Of a DNA stretch of 40,343 bases, positions 25,741 to 34,057 are shown piece after piece. Position 1 is the stretch's first letter; every line of letters starts with the position of its first letter. Position numbers and translations under genes: made by a program. This stretch comes from Candidatus Latescibacterota bacterium. GTDB lineage: Bacteria; Latescibacterota; UBA2968; UBA8231. The DNA is taken from assembly GCA_036339235.1 (NCBI GenBank), contig JAYZCA010000287.1, forward strand, positions 1-40,343, given 5' to 3'. The notes beneath the pieces were generated by a model. That model did no database searches and was not told where the DNA came from. It saw only the letters and a program-made list of their open reading frames with translations.

Positions 25741-28041
25741 ATGAACATTCAGGATATGCCCGACTATGAGGCGAACGCTGTACTGTCGACCCAGCAATAC
25801 AAGGTCGTCGGCAAGCGTCCCGTACGACACGATGGCGCCGACAAGGTCACCGGCAAGGCGCGTTTCGGCGCCGACATGAACCTGCCGGGAATGCTCTACG
25901 GAAGGATCCTGCGCAGCCCGCACGCCCACGCGCGTATCCTGCGCATCGACACGAGTCGCGTCGAGGCGGACCCCCGCGTGAAGGCGGTGGTCACAGCGGC
26001 GGATTTCTCTGACCCCGGCCCACTCCCGGGGGCCTTCGCCATGCTCAACCTGATGGCGAGGGAGAAGGTGCTCTACAAGGGGCACGCCGTGGCGGCGGTA
26101 GCCGCGGCCAGCGCCCACGACGCCGAGGAGGCATTGTCCCTCATCGACGTGGAGTACGAAGTGCTGCCCGCCGTGTTCGACGCGGAGGATGCCATGGCCG
26201 AGGGCGCACCACGCCTGCACGAAGACCTGCAGCGACTCATGGATCCCGACAGCTCCGGGTTGGAGACGTGGCAGCCGAACGTGGCCAAGTACTTTGAGCT
26301 CGATCTCGGAGACGTAGAGGCCGGGTTTGCCCAGGCCGAGGTGATTGCCGAGTCGTCGACACGCACACTGGCGGTCCACCAGGGCTACATCGAGCCCCAC
26401 GCGGGTACTGCGCAGTGGCACGAGGACGGCCGCCTGACGGTGTGGAGCAGCGGCCAGGGGCATTTTTCGGTGCGCGAAGCCACGGCGAAGGTCTGCGGCG
26501 TGGCAGTGTCGCGGGTACGTGTCGTACCACTGGAGATCGGCGGCGGCTTTGGCGCCAAGCTGCGCGCTTATGTCGAGCCGGTGGCGGCCCTGCTGGCGCG
26601 ACGGGCGCGACGGGCGGTGAAGATCGCCATGACGCGCACGGAGGTCTTCGAGGCGACGGGGCCGACGTCGGGGACGCAGATCACCGTGAAGGTCGGGGCC
26701 ACGAGGGACGGCCGGCTGACGGCGGCTTCGGCGCACCTGGTCTACGAGGCCGGCGGGTTTCCCGGATCGTCGGTGATGGGCGGGGCCCGCTGCGTGTTCT
26801 CACCGTACGACATTCCCAACGCGCTGATCGAAGGCTGGGACGTCGTCGTCAACCGACCCAAGACATCCGCCTACCGGGCGCCAGGTACGCCGCCGGCATC
26901 CTTCGCCATGGAGACGGCCCTCGACAGGCTCGCCGAGCAGCTGCACATGGATCCCATCGAACTGCGGCTGAAGAACACGGCACGGGAGGGCACGCGACGC
27001 ATTTCCGGGGCCCCCCTGCCGAAGGTCGGTTTTCAACAGGTGCTGGAGGCGGCTCGCGACCATCATCATCGCCACACGCCGCTGGGGGGGCCCTGGCGGG
27101 GTCGTGGTGTGGCCAGCGGCTACTGGGGTAACGGCAGCGGCCCGTCCTGCGCGGTGGCCGTGCTCAACGCCGACGGTACCGTGCACCTGGCCGAAGGCTC
27201 ACCCGATATCGGCGGCTCCCGCACCGCGGTGGCGCAGCAGTTCGCCGAGATCATGGGTATGCCCATCGAGGATGTGCGCCCCACGGTGGCCGACACCGAC
27301 TCTATCGGCCAGACATCCAACACCGGGGGCAGTGGCGTCGCTTTCAAGACGGGGCACGCCGCCGTCGCTGCCGCCCGGGACATGATCCGTCAACTGACGG
27401 AGCGCGCCGCGGCGATCTGGGAGTGCGACGCCTCCCTGGTGCGATTTGAGGCGGGGGTCCTGGCACATGCGCAGGACACGGAGCTGCGCATGACGCTGAC
27501 GGATGTGGCGGCGCGGGCGCCACAGACAGGGGGTGCCATCGTCGGCCGTGCCGGTGTGAATCCCTCCGGCGCCGGCCCCACGCTGGCCACTCACATCGTC
27601 GACGTGGAGGTCGATCCCGACACCGGCAAGGTCACGGTGCTGCGCTACACGGCCGTGCAGGACGCCGGCAAGGCGATCCATCCCAGTTACGTCGAAGGGC
27701 AGATCCAGGGCGCCGTGGCGCAGGGTATCGGCTGGGCGCTGAGCGAGGAGTATTTCATCAACGATGACGGAGTTATGGAGAACGCGTCGTTCCTCGACTA
27801 CCGCATGCCGACGAGCCTCGATCTGCCGATGATCGACACCGTCATCGTCGAGGTAGCCAACCCCGGACACCCCTTCGGCGTACGCGGCGTCGGCGAAGTG
27901 CCGATCGTGCCGCCTCTGGCGGCCATGGCCAACGCCATCTACGACGCCATCGGCGTGCGCCTGACGGAACTGCCCATGAACCCACCTGCAGTGCTCGACG
28001 CCATCCTGCAGCGCGAAGTACGCGACGCGGCGGGCGGCTGA
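25741..28041 (+). CDS. Xanthine dehydrogenase/aldehyde oxidase/CODH-family molybdopterin-binding large subunit
   Basis: The protein reads VGKRPVRHDGADKVTGKARFGADMNLPGMLYGRILRSPHAHARI...LEIGGGFGAKL...FGVRGVGEVPIVPP. It has no N-terminal 2Fe-2S domain. Confidence 0.9.
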   Translation: MNIQDMPDYEANAVLSTQQYKVVGKRPVRHDGADKVTGKARFGADMNLPGMLYGRILRSPHAHARILRIDTSRVEADPRVKAVVTAADFSDPGPLPGAFAMLNLMAREKVLYKGHAVAAVAAASAHDAEEALSLIDVEYEVLPAVFDAEDAMAEGAPRLHEDLQRLMDPDSSGLETWQPNVAKYFELDLGDVEAGFAQAEVIAESSTRTLAVHQGYIEPHAGTAQWHEDGRLTVWSSGQGHFSVREATAKVCGVAVSRVRVVPLEIGGGFGAKLRAYVEPVAALLARRARRAVKIAMTRTEVFEATGPTSGTQITVKVGATRDGRLTAASAHLVYEAGGFPGSSVMGGARCVFSPYDIPNALIEGWDVVVNRPKTSAYRAPGTPPASFAMETALDRLAEQLHMDPIELRLKNTAREGTRRISGAPLPKVGFQQVLEAARDHHHRHTPLGGPWRGRGVASGYWGNGSGPSCAVAVLNADGTVHLAEGSPDIGGSRTAVAQQFAEIMGMPIEDVRPTVADTDSIGQTSNTGGSGVAFKTGHAAVAAARDMIRQLTERAAAIWECDASLVRFEAGVLAHAQDTELRMTLTDVAARAPQTGGAIVGRAGVNPSGAGPTLATHIVDVEVDPDTGKVTVLRYTAVQDAGKAIHPSYVEGQIQGAVAQGIGWALSEEYFINDDGVMENASFLDYRMPTSLDLPMIDTVIVEVANPGHPFGVRGVGEVPIVPPLAAMANAIYDAIGVRLTELPMNPPAVLDAILQREVRDAAGG

Positions 28042-28064
28042 GGATCGGAGGAGGCCACGAGTCT

Positions 28065-29054
28065 ATGAGGATCGGCGTCGTCGGACCCGGCAACGTAGCG
28101 CGACGCAACTACGTGCCCTGCCTGGCTGGAATGGAAGACGTGAGTCTGGGCTACTTTGGACGTACTCGCGGCAAAGCCGAGTCTCTTGCCGCGGATTTTG
28201 GTGGTCAGGTATTCGGCTCCCTCGAGGCCCTGATGCGTTGGGATCCGGACGCTGTTTTCGTTCTGACGCGCGAAACGGATCGACTCGGGGCGGCCAGGGC
28301 TCTGCTGAAGTTGAATCCCCGGCGCCTGTTTTTCGAGAAACCCCTGGTGGCTCGTCACGGCTACGAGGATGTGCGGGAAGAGGATTTCTCCGACGCCAGG
28401 TCTCTGCTGCAGGACGCTGACCGCCGCGACTGCGAGACGGCGATGGTCTTCAACTACCGGTTCTTCGACCACTCTCTGCTGGCCAGGCAGATCATCGTCA
28501 CGCGGTCATTTGGCAAGGTGGTCAATATCACCGGCCTGGTGCACTACGCCTGCTGGAGTCACGCCATCGACCTGGTGAATCACTTCGGCTCCCCAATCGT
28601 CGAACTGACCGCGCTTGCCAGCGACAACGAGCGCGGCGAGCGCATGGTCGCCCGAGATGTCACCGTGGCCTTCCGCAACGTTGACGACGCGACGGGAACC
28701 CTGATCGGCACGGGGGCACTTGACTGGGAGTTCCCCCTCTTTGAGCTAACCCTCAATTTCGAAGGGGGCCGCATACACCTCAGAGACCTGGACGGGGACA
28801 TGGAGGTGCTGGACGGCAGCAGCGGCGAGCAGGTCGTCCATTCGATCCCGCGTGATCGTTCACGCTGGGATCAGTACAACGCGTCCTTTGCCAAATCCAC
28901 GACCGCCTACCTGGAGTCGATTCGCCAGGACCAGCCGCCGCCGGTGCCTGGCCTTGCAGGCCTGCTGGAGTTGCAGGTGGAAGCGGCGATCAAGCGCTCT
29001 ATCTCCAAGCGGCGGCCCGTCGACCTTGCCGCCGAACTACCCCTGGGTCCATAG
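28065..29054 (+). CDS. Gfo/Idh/MocA-family NAD(P)-dependent oxidoreductase
   Basis: The protein reads MRIGVVGPGNVARRNYVPCL...FFEKPLVA (EKP motif) and is 329 aa. Confidence 0.8.
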   Translation: MRIGVVGPGNVARRNYVPCLAGMEDVSLGYFGRTRGKAESLAADFGGQVFGSLEALMRWDPDAVFVLTRETDRLGAARALLKLNPRRLFFEKPLVARHGYEDVREEDFSDARSLLQDADRRDCETAMVFNYRFFDHSLLARQIIVTRSFGKVVNITGLVHYACWSHAIDLVNHFGSPIVELTALASDNERGERMVARDVTVAFRNVDDATGTLIGTGALDWEFPLFELTLNFEGGRIHLRDLDGDMEVLDGSSGEQVVHSIPRDRSRWDQYNASFAKSTTAYLESIRQDQPPPVPGLAGLLELQVEAAIKRSISKRRPVDLAAELPLGP

Positions 29055-29579
29055 CTAGTCCTCGGCGTCGTCGAGGGCGATGTCTACCATCAGATCGTGG
29101 GCGAGGTCTTCGAGAGCCCCCCGCAGATCGTCGATCGACGCACCCTCTGGAAGCCGAACTCGGGCCGTCGCCCGGAACAGCAGACCACCAGACATCGGTG
29201 CGTTGGTGCTCTCCGTCTCCAACTCCTCGATGTTGACGCCACGTTCGGCCAGCGCGTGTGAAATGTCGCGAACGATACCGGGCCGGTCGTCTCCGATCAG
29301 CTCGAGGCGCAGGCTGCGAGCTTCGCTGAGGACCTCTTCGTACCCCGGTTCCACAATGATGTGGATGCCACCGAACGCCAGCTCGCGCAGTTCGGCTTTG
29401 AGGGCGTCCACCTTGTCTTCGGGGACCTCGGCGCGCAGAATACCCGCGAACTTGCCGGCCAACCGGGCCATGCGGCTCTCCTGCCAGCTGCCTCCGTGGG
29501 CGGCGACGACCAGCGAAACGGACTCGACCAGCCCGGGTCGGTCGTCGCCGATCACTGTCATGACGAGTGAGACGCTCAA
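29055..29579 (-). CDS. Tandem ACT-domain protein (GcvR-like)
   Basis: Two ACT repeats are present, each with G(D)DRPG(L/I)V: VMTVIGDDRPGLVESVS and LELIGDDRPGIVRDISHALAERG. The start was put at TTG 29579 (GAGGAGG 8 nt upstream). The track start is 29654 and an ATG alternative is at 29561. Confidence 0.7.
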   Translation of the reverse strand: MSVSLVMTVIGDDRPGLVESVSLVVAAHGGSWQESRMARLAGKFAGILRAEVPEDKVDALKAELRELAFGGIHIIVEPGYEEVLSEARSLRLELIGDDRPGIVRDISHALAERGVNIEELETESTNAPMSGGLLFRATARVRLPEGASIDDLRGALEDLAHDLMVDIALDDAED

Positions 29580-29631
29580 ATTTTTGACCTCCTCTGCATG
29601 TGCGATGACTGTAAGGTAACCAACTCCCCAG

Positions 29632-31017
29632 GTGGAGGAGCCAGTGACAAACACAAAAATCGCCTGTCTCGGAGGCGGCAGCCTGTATTTCCCCCGCGTG
29701 CTGGCGGACCTGGCGCTGGAGGAAGAACTGGCCGGCTCGGAGGTCGTGCTCTACGACATCGACGCGGACAAGGCTGAACTCATGGCCGCCCTGGGAGTCA
29801 GGCTTGCCCGAGATGCGGACTCCGGCCTGCGCGTGCGTGCGTCAGCTGGCCTCGACGATTGCCTCGACGGCGCGGGATTCGTCGTGACATCCATCGGCGG
29901 CAGCGGCGCGGAAGTCACGCGGAACGTGTACGGATCCTGGTACCACAACGCCGACATGCACATCCCAGCGAAGTACGGCATCCACCAGGTCATCGGTGAT
30001 ACGGCTGGCCCGGCGGGCATGATGATGGGGTTACGATCGATTCCCGCGTACCTGCGGATCAGCCGGCGCATGGAGAAACGCTGTCCCAGAGCGATTCTCC
30101 TCAACCACTCGAATCCGATGGCGCCGATCATGCGGGCGCTGCACAAGTACTCGTCCATCACCTCCATCGGCATCTGCCACGGAGTGCAGGGTGGCATCGG
30201 TGCGGCGGCAAAGCTACTCGGGGTGCCGGCTGGCGAGCTGGAGTGCCGGTGGATCGGCACGAATCACTACTACTGGTTCACGGGGCTGCGGCACCATGGT
30301 AACGACATGTTGCCAGAGTTGGTGAAACTTACGCGCGAGCAGGAGGCGCCGGCAGATCACGCCATGAGCGCCGAATTGTCCGCGGCGTACGGGTATCGCA
30401 TCGTCTACCCGGACGACGGTCACATCATCGAATTCTACCCGTTTGCCGCCCGGGTGACTGATCAGAAGGCGCTACCCTACTCGCTTGCCGAGTCGGCGCA
30501 GCGTCATGGGTACGACGCGTCGCAGCCGCTGCCGGAGCGAGAGCATGCCTCGCCGCAGCTGCGCGCCAAGTTCCTGGTCCAGTACGGCAAGATTCTGGAT
30601 GATGTGAAGCTGCCAGAGCGCCAGGAGGACGGGGTCCACGGAGAGGGACTGGCCACTCTGATCGCCGCCATGGCCAGCGGACGGCGACAGATATGTATCC
30701 TCAACCTGGCCAACGGCAGCGCTATTCCCAATCTGCCCTCCACGGCGGAAGTCGAAGTGGAAGCGGTGACGGATTCGACCGGCGCTCGGGCCCTCACCAT
30801 GGGGGAGGCTCCCATGGTCCTGAAAGGGATTCTGGAAAAGCGCTTCGTTTGGCACGAGCTTGTGGCGGATGCGGCAGCCAAAGGTGATCGAAACGCCGCC
30901 CTCCAGGCGCTGCTCATCGACGAGATGGCGATTCCGCCGAGGGACGCAGAGTTGATGCTGGACGAGCTGCTGGTCGCGTCCGCGGATCTGCTGCCTCAGT
31001 TCACGGAGCGCGGCTGA
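29632..31017 (+). CDS. GH4 family NAD+/Mn2+-dependent glycosidase
   Basis: The protein reads KIACLGGGSLYFPRVLADL...VVLYDID...GDTAGPAGMMMGLRSIP...NHSNPMAP...IGICHGV. The start is GTG 29632 or GTG 29644. Confidence 0.85.
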   Translation: MEEPVTNTKIACLGGGSLYFPRVLADLALEEELAGSEVVLYDIDADKAELMAALGVRLARDADSGLRVRASAGLDDCLDGAGFVVTSIGGSGAEVTRNVYGSWYHNADMHIPAKYGIHQVIGDTAGPAGMMMGLRSIPAYLRISRRMEKRCPRAILLNHSNPMAPIMRALHKYSSITSIGICHGVQGGIGAAAKLLGVPAGELECRWIGTNHYYWFTGLRHHGNDMLPELVKLTREQEAPADHAMSAELSAAYGYRIVYPDDGHIIEFYPFAARVTDQKALPYSLAESAQRHGYDASQPLPEREHASPQLRAKFLVQYGKILDDVKLPERQEDGVHGEGLATLIAAMASGRRQICILNLANGSAIPNLPSTAEVEVEAVTDSTGARALTMGEAPMVLKGILEKRFVWHELVADAAAKGDRNAALQALLIDEMAIPPRDAELMLDELLVASADLLPQFTERG

Positions 31018-32609
31018 TGGCGACAGTGTTCATACCTCGGCGGTTGCGCCCTCTCGCACAGGGCAACAAACAGGTGGAGGTCACCGCCACCACCGTCCGC
31101 CAGGTCATCGAGGCTCTGGACGTGGCGCATCCCGGGTTGAAGTCGAAACTCTACGACGCCGAGCGCGACGCTCTGGCGCGCGGCATGGCGGTCACCGTCG
31201 ATGGCGTGACCAGCGAACTGGGGCTGCTCGAGAGTCTGCGGCCTCAGAGCGAGGTACATTTCCTTCCGGCCATCGCCGGAGGCAGCCGTCCCCCGAACAT
31301 TCTGTTCTTCTTCCCCGACCAGCAACGGCACGACTGGACAGGACGCAATCCCGCCCTGCCGCTGCGCACGCCGAATGTCAACGCTCTCGCCGCAAGGGGC
31401 ACCAGCTTCACGCGCGCCTGGTGTTCGTCGCCGCTGTGCGCGCCGTCGCGCGCCTGCGTGGCGTCCGGTCGGCGCTACGACCGTTGCGGAGTGCCTGACA
31501 ACGGCGCCAACTACCCCCTCGACCAGCCCACTTACTTCCAGGGTCTGCGCCAGGCGGGCTACCGGGTCGCCGGCGTCGGCAAGTTCGACCTGCACAAGGA
31601 CCTGACCGACCCGGACGGCCAGTGGTGGGAGCTGGACGGTTCCCGTCTGTTGCAGGAATGGGGGTTTACCGAGGGAATCGACAACGAAGGCAAATTTGAC
31701 GGTTCGGGCAGCTATCGCAGGCACGGCACACCACGCGGGCCGTATCTGGCCTTTCTCGAAGAGCGCGGCCTCGCCGACGTCTACGCTGACGAGCACGCCG
31801 ACCTGAAGCGCCACATGGGCGCCTACACGACGGCCCTGCCGGATGACGCCTACTGCGACAACTGGGTCGCCGAAAACGGGCTGCGCTTTCTGCGGGATTT
31901 TCCCGCCGGACAACCCTGGCACCTGGTGGTCAACTTCACAGGACCGCACAACCCGATGGACGTGACCGCGTCGATGCGGGCCCGCTGGGAGGGTGTGGAC
32001 TTTCCGGGACCGCACTCCACTGATGAGGTCGATCGTGAAGGCCTGCTGCGCAACCGCCAGAACTACGCAGCCATGATCGAGAACATCGACTCGCACGTGG
32101 GGCGGTTTCTGCAGGCCGTCGAGGACCGCGGCGAGACGGCCGACACGATCGTCGTCTACGCCTCAGATCACGGCGAGATGCTCGGCGATCACGGCCGTTG
32201 GGGGAAGAGCACCTGGCGGCAGCCCTCGGTGGGAGTGCCCCTGGTCATCGCCGGTCCTGGTGTGCAGTCCGACGCCACGTGTGGCAGCCCGGTGGTGCTC
32301 CATGACCTGCCGGTGTGGTTCCTCGAGCGTGCCGGTGCGTCCCCCCTCCCGGAGGCGGACGGCCGCTCGCTGCAGCCATTGCTGTCGGACGTCACAGCCA
32401 CCCATCGGGAGGCGGTGGTGAGCGCACTGAGCGACTGGCGAGCCGTGACCGACGGCCGCTACAAGCTCGTCGTGCAGCGGGATCAGGCTGACCGACTTTT
32501 CGATCTGGACGCGGATCCGTGGGAGGATGTGAACCTTGCAGCAAAGGAGCCGCAGATCGTCGAACGTATGCGGACAATTCTCGTGGAAGAGGTCGGTGAA
32601 ATCTCGTGA
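31017..32609 (+). CDS. MoaD/ThiS-type ubiquitin-like beta-grasp domain (ending PAIAGG) fused to a Cys-type sulfatase
   Basis: Residues 1-89 resemble a full-length MoaD/ThiS/SAMP protein. Residue 90 onward reads SRPPNILFFFPDQQRHDW...SSPLCAPSRACVASGR...YASDHGEMLGDHG and is a sulfatase. The start overlaps the GH4 stop (TGATG) and the stop overlaps the next start (GTGA). Confidence 0.85.
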   Translation: MATVFIPRRLRPLAQGNKQVEVTATTVRQVIEALDVAHPGLKSKLYDAERDALARGMAVTVDGVTSELGLLESLRPQSEVHFLPAIAGGSRPPNILFFFPDQQRHDWTGRNPALPLRTPNVNALAARGTSFTRAWCSSPLCAPSRACVASGRRYDRCGVPDNGANYPLDQPTYFQGLRQAGYRVAGVGKFDLHKDLTDPDGQWWELDGSRLLQEWGFTEGIDNEGKFDGSGSYRRHGTPRGPYLAFLEERGLADVYADEHADLKRHMGAYTTALPDDAYCDNWVAENGLRFLRDFPAGQPWHLVVNFTGPHNPMDVTASMRARWEGVDFPGPHSTDEVDREGLLRNRQNYAAMIENIDSHVGRFLQAVEDRGETADTIVVYASDHGEMLGDHGRWGKSTWRQPSVGVPLVIAGPGVQSDATCGSPVVLHDLPVWFLERAGASPLPEADGRSLQPLLSDVTATHREAVVSALSDWRAVTDGRYKLVVQRDQADRLFDLDADPWEDVNLAAKEPQIVERMRTILVEEVGEIS

Positions 32610-33103
32610 ACCCGCGGCCCATCGCCCTGGCCGACGACGGTCTGATCCCGAACAGTCTTCTGCCTCTGCTGGTTTATGCAGCGGCCCTTGGAGAAGTGAC
32701 GGACCGGGCTGTCGCCTTCGAAGCCCTGTTCGCCGGCAACGGCTGGAGTCGCTCGTGGCGCAACGGCATCTACGCCTTCCGTCACTATCACAGCACGGCA
32801 CACGAGGTGCTGGGCATCGCCGCCGGTTGGGCGCACGTCGAGTTCGGGGGGCCTCAGGGCGTGGAACTGGATGTGCAGGCAGGGGACGCGGTGCTGATCC
32901 CCGCCGGCGTCAGCCACTACAACCTGGGGGCCAGCGACGACCTTCTCGTCATCGGTTCGTACCTCGATGGCAGCGAGAGTGCGGACCTGCGCCGTGATAC
33001 AGAAGCAGACAGAGCGGCGTCACTGGCGCGAATCGCGGCGTTGCCAATTCCGCCGCGGGACCCGGTGTTGGGCGAGGGCGGGCTGCCGACGTTGTGGTCC
33101 TGA
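32606..33103 (+). CDS. YjlB-like (COG4297-type) cupin protein
   Basis: The protein reads HYHSTAHEVLGIAAGWAHVEFGGPQG...AGDAVLIPAGVSH and has a GTG start. Confidence 0.7.
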   Translation: MNPRPIALADDGLIPNSLLPLLVYAAALGEVTDRAVAFEALFAGNGWSRSWRNGIYAFRHYHSTAHEVLGIAAGWAHVEFGGPQGVELDVQAGDAVLIPAGVSHYNLGASDDLLVIGSYLDGSESADLRRDTEADRAASLARIAALPIPPRDPVLGEGGLPTLWS

Positions 33104-33234
33104 GCTGACGGACTGAGGCAGGGCCCCAGAGGAGGTGACGCTGCAGCGCCGCCTCGATTTCGTCGCGGCGCTCGCGCGACAGGCGCTCCCGCTCCGGCGT
33201 GAGCACGTCTTCACCAGGATCGACTCCGCCTCGC

Positions 33235-33917
33235 TCAGGTTGCGTCAGCGTCGTTGAGTGCCGTCAGCGACAGCGTGCCACTCTCATTGTCGTAGAGCCA
33301 GCGGCGTAGATTGTCGCGCACGTGCGGCCACTCCCCGTCGAGCAGTGAGAACCACGCCGTGTCACGGTTGCGCTGGCGCACGATGCGATGCTGGCGGAAG
33401 ATGCCCTCGAAGGTGAACCCTAGGCGCAGTGCGGCGGCACGAGACTTCGCGTTCAGCGAGTCGCATTTCATTCGACACGACGGCAGGAGAGACGCCCGAA
33501 GGCTTCCTCCAGCATCAGGTAGGCAGCCTCCGTGTTTGCCTGGGTACGTTGCGCCGCGGGGACGTACCAGATGTGGCCCAGCTCCAGGCAGCGGTTCGGC
33601 CCGGCGATGCTGAGAAATGACACCATGCCGAGGGCAGCGCCCGTGTCCGCATGGCGCACGGTGAGAAACAGCGGGTCTGTCCCGGGCGTAATGTCTGCCA
33701 TCCAGGCGCGCATGTCTGCTTGGCCAGCGAAGGGTCCATAGGGCATATAGGGCCACAGTGCCTCGACGTCGTCGCTGCCGTGGCTCAGTGGGTACAACTC
33801 AGCGGCGTCGTGTGCCGAGTCGACGAGAGCCAGAAGCAAGAAGCGTCCTTCATACGCACGTCGCTCGGGTTGCTCCGGAGCGTCTGCGGATACGACGGGT
33901 TGTCCGACAGGTAGCAT
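33235..33917 (-). pseudogene. RimJ/RimL-type GNAT N-acetyltransferase interrupted by a 1-nt frameshift
   Basis: The N-terminal part (33468..33917) ends ...MLEEAFGRLSCRRVE-stop. The C-terminal part continues in another frame as KCDSLNAKSRAAALRLGFTFEGIFRQHRIVRQRNRDTAWFSLLDGEWP. Restoring one G in GAATG(G)AAATGC gives the family-typical RRVEWKCD. Confidence 0.75.
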
Positions 33918-34057
33918 GTCGATTGCTCTCCGGCGGGAGGTGTGCACAACAAGTAGAAGGCCAATGCAACAGAGTCAATGTGGGTACGTGCCCGCCGAGG
34001 TCCAATCCGCTACATTTGTCCGACGGTGACAAGCACCTTCCGGAGAGTTCTACCAAA

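Noticed and set aside
2107-32609. The two stop-less domain junctions (MFS-PhyH, Ubl-sulfatase) were considered as a sign of stop-codon reassignment or an alternative genetic code.
   Set aside because: TGA, TAG and TAA all terminate neighbouring well-supported genes at the expected family lengths (for example TGA for GH4 and the sulfatases, TAG for PhyH at 4161 and the 4-TM protein). No in-frame stop interrupts any conserved domain.
32949-33206. An 85-codon minus-strand ORF starts 29 nt downstream of the GNAT stop (VLTPERERLSRERRDEIEAALQRH...).
   Set aside because: Two-thirds of it overlaps the 3' end of the well-supported YjlB-like cupin gene, and after the first ~30 residues it becomes Pro/Arg/Thr low-complexity. 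I recognised no family.
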